Shown: positions 1 through 12,810 of the stretch, one piece after another | Position numbering within the stretch: position 1 is the stretch's first letter | Layout: each line of letters begins with the position of its first letter | Assembly (NCBI RefSeq): GCF_009914755.1 | Contig: NC_060928.1 | Length of the DNA stretch: 64,000 bases | Strand: one strand, 5' to 3' | DNA from: the human T2T-CHM13v2.0 reference genome, Homo sapiens | The notes under the pieces: model-generated | The model's database searches: none | Told to the model about the DNA's origin: nothing | What the model saw: only the letters and a program-made list of their open reading frames with translations | Position numbers and translations under genes: made by a program

Positions 1-404
1 CAGGAATGTGTGTGAGATCTAGAAAGCAAAGACAAATAGATATCACTATTCTTCGGAAGTAGTTTCACCAGAGGAACTGGCAAATAGGAGATTCGAAGAG
101 TTTTCCAAACAGTCTTTGATGAACCACCTTTTTCATTACTGTAGAATGACATAGTTTCTGGAAGATTCTTAGGGAATTCTGATAATTTTAGCAACTCCCA
201 GGCAAGATTCAGCAACCACTTTTTCCTCGGTATGTCATGCTGAGATCTTCAGAGAATCAAAAATTCTAATATCAGTGGCAACTCCTTTGACTTTAAATGG
301 CATATTCTTTTTCCTCCAAGATATTTGTTTTACAAGAACAGTTTAAGCTTAATGTAAATCTAGGAAGTTAAACCTATATTAATATTTTAAAGCCAGAATA
401 TTTA

Positions 405-655
405 GAGTAGAAGTGGTATTTAGAAGATTGGCCCACCCAACTTCTGAAAGCACAAATAAGTAGCATAAAAGCAATGGTTCACACCTATTTTTGGTTTATT
501 ACAGCCTCTTCCTCAACAAGTAGTTAGGACTTCTTGGGAAGTTTCCTATAACCTGTTGACTGAGGAAGAAATGATTTTTGCATGGATTACATGATGACCT
601 GGAACTACCTGAAAATGGATAGCAGCAGCATTATGATTTTACATGGACATAGCCT
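405..655 (+). mobile_element. ERVL-class internal (pol, RT-connection/RNase H) degenerate fragment
   Basis: Segments agaagtggtat..., ctgaaagcacaaataagtagcat, tgggaagtttcctataacctgttgactgaggaagaa and ggaactacctgaaaatggatagcagcagcatta follow the HERV-L pol order WKWY..GPEGTSKLHE..SWGVPYDQLTEEEK..AWF..GTTRKWTAAAL (recalled); many stops and indels. Confidence 0.65.
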
Positions 656-1589
656 GTTGTCAATTTGACACCACAAGCACTCCCTTCTTAGTTTCTTACT
701 ATGTTTACTAATGCCAGCTTCCCATTTATAGTTCTCATTTATCGGCTAGAGTTTGCCAATTATAGAAATCTGTGCAATGTTGAGAAGGCAAAAGTGAAGC
801 CAAAGCCCTTATATTCCATAGGCAGTTGCTACTAGATGTGTAGGCAGATTTGAAATTTTCTGTGATTTCCCTTCAATCTGAAAACCACCTACTTTACCAT
901 TTCAGACTGAGAATGATGCTGGGAGCCATTCCAACAAACCCACGAAATTTAGCAGCTTTGAAAAAAAAGGTACTAATATATACTATCAAGGTTTTATGCT
1001 GCAGTCAGATTCATTTACCTCCACTCCCATAGTTTTTTTTCAAAGTGATGTAATCCACTAATATGTATCAAATTTTAATAAGAGAATACACAGAGAAAAT
1101 TTAGTTTTGCTTACTATAAGCTGACCTCGTCATGGAATTCATGTAAGCCTTTCTTGGGAAGTGATAATTAAGCTGATATCAGAAGTATAAGTAGATGATA
1201 TATCATCCAACAAAATATATATAACTTTACTTATAGTTTCAGTTATATAAAATCCTTCAAATGAAATCATTAAATATTTTCTTTATCTTTAATGTTTAAC
1301 TGTCTATTTAACAATTATGTGTGACAGTCTATAAACACAGTAATTACAGAAAAAAACACCAAAAAATAAAAACATGGAGAAATTAGCCTGTCAGTTATTC
1401 TGCACATTTGCTTTCAATATACATTGAAACTTTGATTGTATGTATAAAAATTTTGTGAAAAATTATTGTCCTATATATGTATGACTATTGTATAACTTCT
1501 TATTCATTTAATATATCCCTATAACACTAAATGCTGATAATTTTCTAAAGGTTTCAAATTTTTTTCCTTCTTTAAATAATGCATTTACT

Positions 1590-4500
1590 AGGCACTGTGT
1601 TGCTGCTCTAGAGGACCAGTAGTATAGCACACAGAAGCCAATACAGCTCAGCAACCTCTCCCTCCAGAGAAAGAGAAGAGTGAATCATGCATCCAATGTT
1701 CTGGCTATTCAAGATTGTTGCCTGAGGGACGGCTTTCTCTCTAGTTTGACTCAGAATAATTATGAAACCTGGCATATTCTAGTTGCCTGAGGGCCTCTGC
1801 GAACAAAAAAAATAGAACTGGGAGGTGGTCTGTTGCCTCATGGAATCCATGATGCAGAATATAGATAACAGAGAGAGGAAGAGATTACAAGCTTCTGAAA
1901 AAAAAGCAACTGGAACATTCCTATAAATAGAAATCTACATAAACAAGTCTAGTGAAGACGCATTAAAAAAAAAAAAGACTAGAGAAGCCACATGAATTTG
2001 TAGCCAGGGTGACTGGTGAAAGTCTTTCTCTGTCCAAAGCTAATTGGTAAAGATTGGGTAAATTGGCTCTTTTTTTCAAATGCATGCATAACTTATAAAG
2101 TTGTAAGTAACATCAGGAAACAAGGAAAACTGAATGAAGAAAAAAATCTCTTGAAAATGACTCTAAAAAAAGAGAGATTTATGAATTACCTGACTAAAAA
2201 TTCAAAATAGTTATTATAAACATATGCAAAGACAGGTCATTTGAAATTGTCCCATCAAAAGAGTAAAAAGAAAAAAAGAATGAAAATATTGCAAAAAGCC
2301 TAAAATATTAGTGAAATAACATACAGCAGAACAATATATACATTATGAAAGTCTAACAAGGAAAAGAGAAAGGAATTGAAATCTTATTTCAAGAAATAAT
2401 GACTGAAAACTTTCCAAATCTGTGGAAGGAAGTGGATATCTCAATAAAAGAAGCTGTAGTACATTCAAACAGGGTAAACTCAAAGAACACATGAAGACAC
2501 ATTATAATCAAATGGTCAAAACTCAAAGACAAACAAAATTTTGTAGCAAGAAGAGAAAAGCCACTCATGGCATACAAGGGAACCATTATAAGACTACAAG
2601 TGGATTTCTCAGCAAAATCTTTCAGGACAGGGGAAATAGAATAATACAGTCAATGTACTAAAAGAAAAAAAGCACTAGAAACCAAGATTACAATGTTTAT
2701 CAATATTTTTTCTTTAAAATGAAAAAAAGATGAAAACTCTCCAGGATAAACAAAAGCTTACAGAGTTCATTATCACTACAACTGTCATAGAAGAAATGCT
2801 AAATGATGTCCTTTAATTTAAAACAAAAATATACCAAACAGCAACACAAAAGCATATGGAAGTATAAAGCTTACTGATAAGAAAATATATAGACAAATAG
2901 AGAATACAGTGATACTGTAATGGTGGTGTCGAAATCACTTTTAATTCTGGTATAAAAGTTAAAATATAAAAGTATAGATAACTACAAGTATAAAATTTGT
3001 TCATAGAAACAATATAAAGTTGTAATTTGTGACATCAGTAACATAAAGTGGGAGGTGGTTAGTTTGTATGCAATTGAACATAAGTTCAATTAAAATGTTA
3101 TTGAATTATTGAATTTAAATAACTAAAGTTCAAATAAAATACATTGTTATAAACATAAGATATTTTTGGTAAACCCCATGGTTACCAAAGGAAATACCTG
3201 TAAGTGATACAAAAAAGAAAATAAAAAGGAATCAAAGCACATCACACCATAAATATCAACCAAATACAAAGGAAGACAAGAAGAAAAGAAAGAGATACAA
3301 CAGCTAGAATACGGACAGAAAACAATTTTACAAATGTTAGTAGTAAGCCTTTTCCTATCAATAATGATCTTAAATATGAATGGATTAAACTCTGTCAAAA
3401 GATAGAATAGCTAAAGGGATTTTTAAAAAAGATCCAATTATATGCTAACTACAAGATACACAGTTTAGATTTAAGAACACACATAGATTAAAAACATAGG
3501 AGTGGAAAAAATTTTTCATGCAGATGCAATCCAGAAAAGAGCACAGGCTGCCATAGGTATAGCATACAAAATAACTTTACATTAGATTGTCATAATTGAC
3601 AAAAAAGAACATTATATAATGATCAAAGTGTAAATTCATAAGGAAGGTATAACAATTATAAACATACATGCATCTATATACATATTCAAGCTATATATTC
3701 TAAATATCTGAAGCAAGCATTGACAGAAGTTAAGGCAGAAATAGGAAGCAACATAATAGTAGTAGAAGTATTCAATACTCCAATTTCAATAATTGATAGA
3801 CTATCCAGACAGAAAATCAATAAGAAAAAAAGACTTAAACAACATCATAGACCAAATGGACTTAAAGGAAACATGTAAAACTTTTTACCCAAGAGCAAAG
3901 GAATACACATTTCTCTTACACACAGATTATCCTCTGAACAGATCACATTTTATGTCACAAACAAGTCTTAATAAATTTAGGAAGACTATAGTTATGCCAA
4001 ATGTCTTTTCCAATCACAATAGAATGAAATTAGATATAGTAGCCAAGGGAAAACTGGACAATTAAAAGATAAGTGAAAATTAAACAACAAACTCTTGAAC
4101 AACCAATGTGTCAAAAAGCAAAAAAGAAATTAAAAATATATTCAGACAATAAAATCAAAGGCATAACATATATATGTGTGTGTGTATATATATAAACATA
4201 TATATAAACATATATAAACATATATATATGAACATATATATAAACATATATATATGAACATATATATAAACATATATATGAACATATATATAAACATATA
4301 TATATGATGCAGTAAAAGTAGTTCTAGGGGAGAGGTTTATATTGATAAGCACATACATTAAAAAGAAGAAATATCTTAAATAAACAACCTAGCTCCACAG
4401 CTCAAGAAGCTAGAAGTATTAGAACAAACTACACCCAAACTTATGAGAAAAAATAAATAATAACCATTAGAGCAGAAATAAATAACATAGAGAGTAGAAA

Positions 4501-4602
4501 AAGGATAGAAAAAAATCAAGGAAACTAAGAGTTGATTTTTTAAAGAGTTTAACAACATTTACAAATCTTTAGCTAGACCAACACCGAAAAAGAGAGAGCC
4601 AG
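1590..4602 (+). mobile_element. Old L1 (L1MB1/2-like), 5' part: 5'UTR, ORF1 and ORF2 endonuclease region
   Basis: ORF1 motif gaaataatgactgaaaactttccaaatct (EIMTENFPNL); ORF2 start region near 3335; ORF 3793..4065 resembles the EN domain (QMDL..F.P.AKEYTF); ends at the PLARL..KKRE-equivalent position. Confidence 0.8.
4166..4306. repeat. TA-rich minisatellite, (ATATATATAAAC/ATATATATGAAC)n, within the L1
   Basis: Directly visible tandem units of about 10-16 bp. Confidence 0.95.
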
Positions 4603-5140
4603 AATGATACCAATAAGATGGTTTAACAGAAGATGCCTCATCATCACTCTCCCCAGAATATCTAGCAACTACTCAAAAGTTAAGAATCTCTCTGAATTCA
4701 GCAAACTTGAGGAGGAACTTGGATCCACAGAAACAAGAAAAACCTTGACCGGTAAGAGGAACTGTTATTTTAGACCACACCACCTATACCCCAAAGCTGG
4801 TAAAAACAACCCATTTTCCTACACTCAGAATTTCTGAGGTAGGAGAAGTGAATTGAAGGTGATGTTTGATCTCCCTACAGGTCTGAGAAGTTTTGTGGAA
4901 GCCTACTCCAGTCCTGTACCACAGGAAGCAATGAAAGTGCCAGAAGGGCTGAACCACCTGAGGTAAACTAGAGACAAAGATTGGGGTACTCATCAATATG
5001 ATACACAGATGTTGGCAGCTACTCTCTGTTCTAATCAACAGGGATGCTGTGCTGAGGAGACAGGCCACTGTCATAGTGCTGCAGGGAGGAATGATCTGTG
5101 GGAATACCTGAATCCCTTACTGGATTTCCCACAAAATCAT

Positions 5141-5506
5141 TGTATTAGTCCATTTTCATGCTGCTGATAAAGACATACTTGAGACTGGGCAATTTACAAA
5201 AGAAAGTGGTTTAACGGACTTACAGTCCCACGTGGCTGGGGAAGCCTCACAATCATGGTGGAAGGCAAGGAGGAGCAAGTAATGTCCTACATGGATGGCA
5301 GCAGGAAGAGAGAGAGCTTGTGTGGGCAAGCTCTCATTTTTAAAGCCATCAGATCTCATGAGTCTTATTAACTATCATGAGAACAGCAGGTAAAGAACCA
5401 CTACATAACCAATCACCTCCAACTGGGTTCCTCCCATGACATGTGGGATTTGTGAAAGTTACAATTCAAGATTAGATTTGGGTGAGGACACAGCCAAACC
5501 ATATCA
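5141..5506 (-). mobile_element. THE1B-like MaLR solo LTR
   Basis: Termini tgtattagtcc...ccaaaccatatca; 366 bp; 5-bp TSD atcat/accat. Confidence 0.9.
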
Positions 5507-6247
5507 ACCATGCAGTCTTTTGGAGCCTTCCCCTGACTTTGAAACAACTAAAAGTTTGGCAATTAATTTCTCCTTCCTACTAAAGACTACCCCACACCTG
5601 ATGGAGAATGAGAAATTTGACAAAAAATAGAAACAATTAAAAAATAGAAATTATAGACATAAGGAATACAATAACAGAAATTAAAAACTTAGTTTCTCCA
5701 GCAGACTTCATAAAACAAAGGAAAGAACCAGTAAGCTCAAAAACATAACCCATGAAATTATTCAGGGGATCAAAAATATAAATAAAAAAATGAAGGCCTA
5801 TTATGGGACTCCATCAAGTGAACTAACCACCACATAATAGGAATTCAAAAGGAGATGACAGAGAGAAAGGCCTAGAAAGCACATTTAAGGAAATAATGTC
5901 TGCAAGTGTATCTACAAATACTTGTACACTTACAGGAAGCTCAGAGCTCATCAATCAAATTTAACCCAAAGAGAAATTTCCCAACACACATTATAATCAA
6001 ATTATCAGAATCAAAGACAAATAAAGAATACTAGAAAAAACAAGAGAAAAAATTATATTTCATAGAGTCCCAATATGGCTTCTAGCAGATTTCTCAGTAG
6101 AAACCCTGTGAGCCAGTAGACAATGCAATGATATATTTAAAGTGCTAAAGGAAAGAACAAACAGTTATAAAAAGCTATTAGTTAAGAATACTATACCCAG
6201 CAAAGCTGTTCTTCAACATTAAGAAGAGATAAAAACTTTCCCAATCT

Positions 6248-6547
6248 GGCTGAGGGCAGTGGCTCATTCCTGTAATACCAGCATTTGGGAATCAGAGGCA
6301 GGAGAATTGCTTGAGTCTAGGTGTTCAAGGTCAGCCTGGGCAACATAGTGAGATCTTGTCTCTACCTAAAGTAAAAAATTAAAAATTTGCAAGGTGTGGT
6401 GATGCTCACCTGTAGTCCCAGCTACTCTGGAGGTTGAAGTGGGTGGAATACTTGAGCCCAGGAGGTTGAGGCTGCAGTCAGCTGTAATTGTGCCATTGCA
6501 CTTCAACCTAGGTGACAGAGCAAGACTGTCTCAAAGCAAAAACAATA
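6248..6547 (+). mobile_element. AluJ
   Basis: Dimeric Alu with J-type diagnostics (cttgagcccaggaggttgaggctgcag); TSD ataaaaactttccca at 6229-6243 and 6548-6562. Confidence 0.93.
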
Positions 6548-9478
6548 ATAAAAACTTTCCCAGATGAAAAATAAATAAATAACATAAGCTGAGGGAATTC
6601 ACCAATGTCCAACATGTCTTACAAGAAATGCTAAAGGGAGTCCAATCTTAAAAAAAAGGATGCTAAGATGTAAGAGAAAAATACCTGAAAATATAAAACT
6701 AACTGGCAAATAGAAGTATATGGAAAAATTTAGAATGCTTTGCTACTATAATTGTGATGTGTAAACCACTTATAACTTTAATAAAGACAAAAAGTGAAAA
6801 ATGTCAAAAGCAATAATAGCTGCAATTGTTTAAGAGATAAGCAACATAAAAAGATGTAAATTGAGAGTCAAAAAGTCAAAATGTGGGGAGACTGGTGTTA
6901 AAATGTAGAGTTCATTTTTTTTCTTTTAATTTCTTTGCAATTAAAGTTAAGCTGTCATCAGTTTAAAATAACATATTATAACTATATGATGTTTTTTGTA
7001 AGTCTCCTGGTAATGACAAAGCAAAAAACTTTAATAGATATGCCAAAAACAAATGGCACAGAATGAAAACACACTACTAAAGAATATCACTTAACTACAA
7101 TGGAACACACACAGTGGTACACAATATCACTTAACCACAGTGGAACACAGTAAGAGAGAAAAAAGGAAAGAATCTACAATAAAACCAAAAAACATGTAAT
7201 AAAATAGCAGTAGTAAATCCTTAGCTATCGTCTCTAACTTTGAATATTGTAAATGAATTAAATTCTCCATAAAAGACATAAATTTGATGAAAGAGTAAAA
7301 AATACAAGACCTAATTTTACCATGTCTACTTAAAAATGATTTCAACTATAAGCCACTCATAGACTGAAAGCAAAGGGATAAAAGAGATATACCTTGTAAA
7401 TGGAAACCTACTAAGAGCAAAAGTAGCCATTCTATAAGAGAAAATAGAGAATAAGAAAAAATAGAGAATAAGATAATTTTAGTAAAAAAAGGTTAAAAAA
7501 TGATAAGGAGGCATTAAACAACGATAAAGTTTCAAGAGATTTTTACAATTAAAAGTATATAGGTACTCAACACCAGAGCACCCAAACGTATGGAGCGAGT
7601 ATTAACAGACCTAATGAGAGAGGTTGATGGCAATGTAATACTAGTAGGAATCTTCAACACTCTGCTTTCAGCAATGGACAGATCATCCATACAGAAAATC
7701 AACAACAATAACAAAAAAGCATTGAAGTTAAACTATACTGTAGTCCTAATTGACCTAACAAACATTTACAGAGCATTCATTCTATCCAATAGCTACAAAA
7801 TGCACATTGTTCTCAACAACACATGGAACATTATCCAGAATAGACCAAATGTTAGGTCACAAAACAAGTCTTAACAAATTTACAAATATCAAAATTACAT
7901 CAAGTATTTATTCTGACCCTGAAGAAAAACAAAAAAACCAGAAAGCAAGAAGAGAAGTAAGATTGGAAACTGGATAAATACATGGAACTTAGACAACATG
8001 CTCCTAAACAACAAATGGGTCAATGAGGAAATTGGAAAAAAAAAATTAAATATTCCTTGAAACAAATGAAAATGGAAACACAACATCCTAAAACCTATAG
8101 TATACAGCAAAAATAGTTCTAAGAGGGAAGTTTATACCAATTAAACTAAACATTAAAAAGTAGAAAGACCTCAATAAACAACCTAATGTTATAGCTTAAG
8201 AAACTGGAAAAACATGAACTAACCTAACCCCAAAGTTGCAGAAGGAAGGAAATAACAAAGATCAGGGCAGAACTAAATGAAATAGAGACTTAAAGAACGA
8301 TATAAAAATTAAAGAACATATACTTGGTTTTGTAAATTAATAATCAAAGTTGACAAGATTTTAACTAGACTATGAACAAAAGAGAGAAGACTCAGATAAA
8401 TATAATTAGTGATAAAAAAGACTATAATTGATACTTCAGAAATATAAAGGATATAAGGAGACTATTAAGTACAAGTTGACACCAACAAATAAACAATCTA
8501 CAAGAAATGAAGAAATTTCTCTGTGCATACAACCTACCAAAATTGAATTATGCAGACTAGAAAACCTGAGCAGATAAATAACATGTATTAATTATTCTTA
8601 AACTAAAGTATTACATTTACAATGTAAATGTAATTACAATTACATTTAATTGTAATTAAATTATTAAAGCATTGATAAAGGCGTGTCATCAAAGAAAAGC
8701 CTAGTAATTGATGGCTGCACTGCTAAATGCTACCAAACATTTAAGAATACCAGTTCTATTCAAACTCTTCAAAACATTTAAGAGAAGGAAATGCTTATGA
8801 ACTCATTTTACAACGCAAGCATTACTCTTATACTAAAACCAGATGATGACACAACAAAAAACGAAAACTACAGGCCAATATTCCTAATGAACATAGACAC
8901 AAAATCCTCAACAAAATTCTAGCAAATCAAATTTAAAAACACATTAAAAAGATCAAGTGAGATTCATTTCAGGGATGTAACAACGGTTTCACATATGCAA
9001 ATCTATAAATGTGATATATCACATTAGCAAAATCCAGGACAAAAACCATGTGATTATCTCAATAAATTCAGAAAAATTATTCAATAATATTCAACATACT
9101 TTTATGATAAAATCTCTCAAAAATCAAGCACAAAAAGAATTCACCTCAACACAGTAAAGGCAACATATGGCAAAGCCACATTCAACATTATACCAAATGG
9201 GAAAAATTTGAAAGCTTTTTCTCTAATATCTGGAACAACAGAAGGATGATAACTTTTACTACTGTCATCCAACATTAGTATGGAAGTCCTAGCCAGAGTA
9301 ATTAGGCAGAGAAAGAAATAAAAGGCATCACAATGGGAAACAAGGAAATCAAACTGTCTGTTTGCAGACACCGTGATTATATACCTAAAGAATCAAGAAG
9401 GCCCCATGAAAAAAGTCTTTGAGCTGGTAAATTAATTCAGTAAATGTGAAGGATACACAATATACATACAAAAATCAC

Positions 9479-9836
9479 TCCGGGTACAATGGCTCATGCC
9501 TGTAATCTCAGCACTTTGGAAGGACAAGGTGGGCGGATCACCTGAGGTCAGGAGTTTGAGACCAGCCTTTCCAACATGGTGAAACCCGTCTCTACAAAAA
9601 AAAAAAAAATTAGCCATGCATGGTGGTGTGCACCTGTAATACCAGCTACTGGGGAAGGTGAGGCATGAGACTCACCTGAACCCAGGAGGTGAAGGTTGCA
9701 GTCAGTTGAGATGATGCGACTGCACTCCAGCCTGGGCAACAGAGTGAGACTTTGTCCCAAAAATAAATTAATAAATAAATAAATATATAAATATATAAAT
9801 AAATAAATAAATAAATAAATAAAAGGCAAAAAACAA
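9479..9836 (+). mobile_element. AluS (Sx/Sz-like) with (TAAA)n tail
   Basis: ggatcacctgaggtcaggag; flanked by aaaaatca on both sides; interrupts L1 ORF2 at the NIQKS motif. Confidence 0.93.
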
Positions 9837-11529
9837 ACAAAAAATCAGTAACACTTCTAAATACCAATAATGAACTCTCTGAAAAATAAATCAAAAAAGC
9901 AATTCTAATACAGTAACTACCAAAAATGAAATACCTAGGAATAAACTTAACCAAGAAGGTGAAAAATCTCCACAATAAAAACTACAAAACATTGATGAAA
10001 AAAATTAAAAATACGAATAAATGGAAAGATATCTCATATTCATAGATTAGAATAATTAATATCATGAAAATGTCTATACCATCCAAAGCAATCAACAGAT
10101 GTAATGCAATTCCTATCAAAATACCAATGACATTTTTTACTAAAATAGAAAAAAAAAACCCTAAAATTTATACAGAACTACAAAAGACTCTAATGGCTAA
10201 AGAAATCTTGAAAAAAAAAAAAAAAAGAAAAAAAAGCTGAAGGCATAACTTTAAAATGTATTACAGAGCTATAGAAATCAAAACAGTGTAATATTGTTAT
10301 AAAATCAGACGGACTAATGAAAAAGGATAGAGACTACAGAAACAAATCCACACATTTACAGCCATTTTATTTTCAAGCAAGGTGCCCAAAAAGCACATTA
10401 CAGAAAGGGCAGACACAGCAATAAATGATCGTGAGAAAATTGGATATTTGCATGCCGAAGAATGAAAGTAGAGTGTTCTCTCTCTCTGAATTGAATAAAA
10501 ACTTAAAAGTAAGTCTGTTCTCTCTGTTAATCAACTATACATATATTAAAAACTTAAAAGTAAGACCCAATAGTTAAAATTAAAACTACTGAAAGAAATC
10601 ATATGGGAGTCTGGGGAAGGAGTTTTTGGATAGGACTTCAAGAACACAAACAATAAAAGCAAAAGAAGACAACTGAGATTACTTCTAAATAAATGAATAA
10701 CGACACAAAACACAGACAAAGAAAAAACACTTCTGCACAGCCAAGAAATCCACAGAGTGAAGAGAAAACTGGTTGGGAGAAAATAGTTACAAACCAAGTA
10801 TCTGACAATGGTTAACTCAAACAACTCAGGAGCAAAAAATCACAAATGATCTCTGATTTTTAAAAGGGACAAAATAGCTAACTAGACATTTCTCTATAGA
10901 AGGCATGCAATTGACCATCAAATACATGACAAAATGTTCAACATCATTAGCTTTTAAGGAAATGCCAAACAAAATCACAGTGAGATATCACCTCACTCCA
11001 GATAGAATGACTATCATCAAAAAGACAAAAAATAACAAATTCTGGCTTGGATGCTGAGAAAGGGGAATTAATATGCTTTTGTTGGAGATGTAAATTAGTT
11101 CAGCCATTATGGAAAACAATATTGAATTTCCTTAAAAAATTAAAAATTGAACTACTGTTTGATCCAGTAATTGAATATAAATATATATTTAAAGGAAGTG
11201 AAATCAGTATGTCAAAGTGATATCTGTGTTGCTATGTTCATTGCAGCACTATTCACAATAATCAAGAGATGGAATCAACCTAAAAGTCTATCAATGGCCA
11301 AATGGATGAAAAAAAGTTTATATATATAAATATACACACAAAAGAATACTGTTCAGCTATAAAATATAATGAAATTCTGTCATTTGCACTACCATGGATG
11401 AATCTAGATGATATAATGTTAAGTAAAATAAACTAGGCACAGAAAGATAAACACTGCATGATTTTACACATATGTGGAATCTAAAATAGTTAATCTCATA
11501 AAAAGTACAATTAAAATCTTCATGCTAGT

Positions 11530-12810
11530 CAAAGATTCAATCAAATGACTATCAAGATCCCAATTACATTTTTACAGAAATAGAAAAAAACAATCCTACA
11601 ATCTACATGGAATTGGTAGAATGCCAAATAGCGAAAACAATCTTGAGAAAGAAGAATAAAGCTGGAGGCCTCACACATTCCGATTTCAAAACAAAATATA
11701 AAGGTACAGTAATCAAAATGATATGGTACCAGCATACAGACATATATACTAATGGAACAGAATAAAGAATTCAGAAATAAACCCACATATATTAGCTGTT
11801 GGGAAATCACCTAATATTCGGTGTTGGGAAAACTGGATATTCTCATTCAAAAAATGAATTTGCATGCTTAGCTCACAATAAATTCAAAATGGATTGAAGA
11901 CTTACATATAAGACCTCAAAAATTAAAATTAGAACTACTGTATGATCTAGTAATCTCACTTTTTGTTACTTACCACCCAAAAATCGAAATCAGGGTCAAA
12001 GAGATTTATGCATTTGTGTGTTCATTGTAGCTAATGTTCACACTTTTCACAATAGCCAAGAGTTGGAAACAACCTTCATCCACAGATATAGACAAATGGA
12101 TAAAGAAAATTTGGCTGCGCACAGTGGCTCATGCCTGTAATCCCAGCACTTTGGGAGGCTGAGGCCAGTGGATCACTTGAGGCCAGGAGTTTGAGATCGC
12201 CTGTCCAACATGGTGAAACCCTGTCTCTACTAAAAATACAAAAACTAGCCAGGTGTGGTGGCACACACCTGTAATCCCAGCTACTCAAGTGGCTGAGGCA
12301 GAGAATTACTCGAGCCTGGGAGGTGGAGTTTGCAGTAAGTAGAGGTCGCACCGCTGCACTCCAGGCTGGGTGCCAGAGCGAGACACTGTCTTAAAAAAAA
12401 AAAAAAAAGGAAAAAATGTGGTATATATATAGAATGAAATATTATTCAGCTATCACAAAGGAAATTCTGTTATATCCTACCAACAGGAATCAACCTTGAG
12501 ACATTATGCTAAGTGAAGTAAGCTGGACACAGAAAGCCAAATACTGCATGATTCTACTTACAAGAAGCATCTAAAGTAATTAAACTAATAAAAGCAGAAA
12601 GTAGAATGGTGGTTGCCAGGGGCTGGGATGAGGGGGAAATGGGAGTTGTTGTTTGATGGGTATTAAGTTCCAGTGATGCAAGATAAAAAAAGTTCTAGAG
12701 ATCTTCAGCACAACATTTTGCTTAGAGTTAATAATACTGTAAAACTTTACTTAAAATTTTATTGAGGGTAGAACTCACATTTTTTAACCAAAACTAAAAA
12801 AGAAAAAATA
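11530..12810 (+). mobile_element. Old L1 (L1MB1/2-like), 3' part: ORF2 C-terminus, 3'UTR and A-tail
   Basis: agattcaatcaaatgactatcaagatcccaattacatttttt (RFN.I.IKIP..FF); 3'UTR gtagaatggtggttgccaggggctggg...gagggtagaactcac; A-rich end. Confidence 0.8.
12113..12408 (+). mobile_element. Alu (old AluS/Jb-like)
   Basis: Full dimer plus A-tail, inserted at the L1 gaaaat site. Confidence 0.93.

Larger units (their letters stand above)
4603..11507 (+). mobile_element. L1MA-type LINE-1, near full length and degenerate, nested in the older L1
   Basis: 5' end ccaataagatgg; ORF1 remnants 5600-6650; ORF2 remnants 7200-11450; L1MA-like 3'UTR (cacagaaagataaacactgcatg...tatgtggaatctaaaatagttaatctcata) truncated near 11507. 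Confidence 0.8.

Noticed and set aside
3-248. 82-codon open frame on the minus strand running off the window edge (RSQHDIPRKKWLLNLAWELLK...)
   Set aside because: No recognisable homology or splice acceptor; the length is attainable by chance; cannot be evaluated at the edge
1194-1207. 14-bp perfect palindrome gatgatatatcatc
   Set aside because: A few are expected by chance in 64 kb of AT-rich DNA
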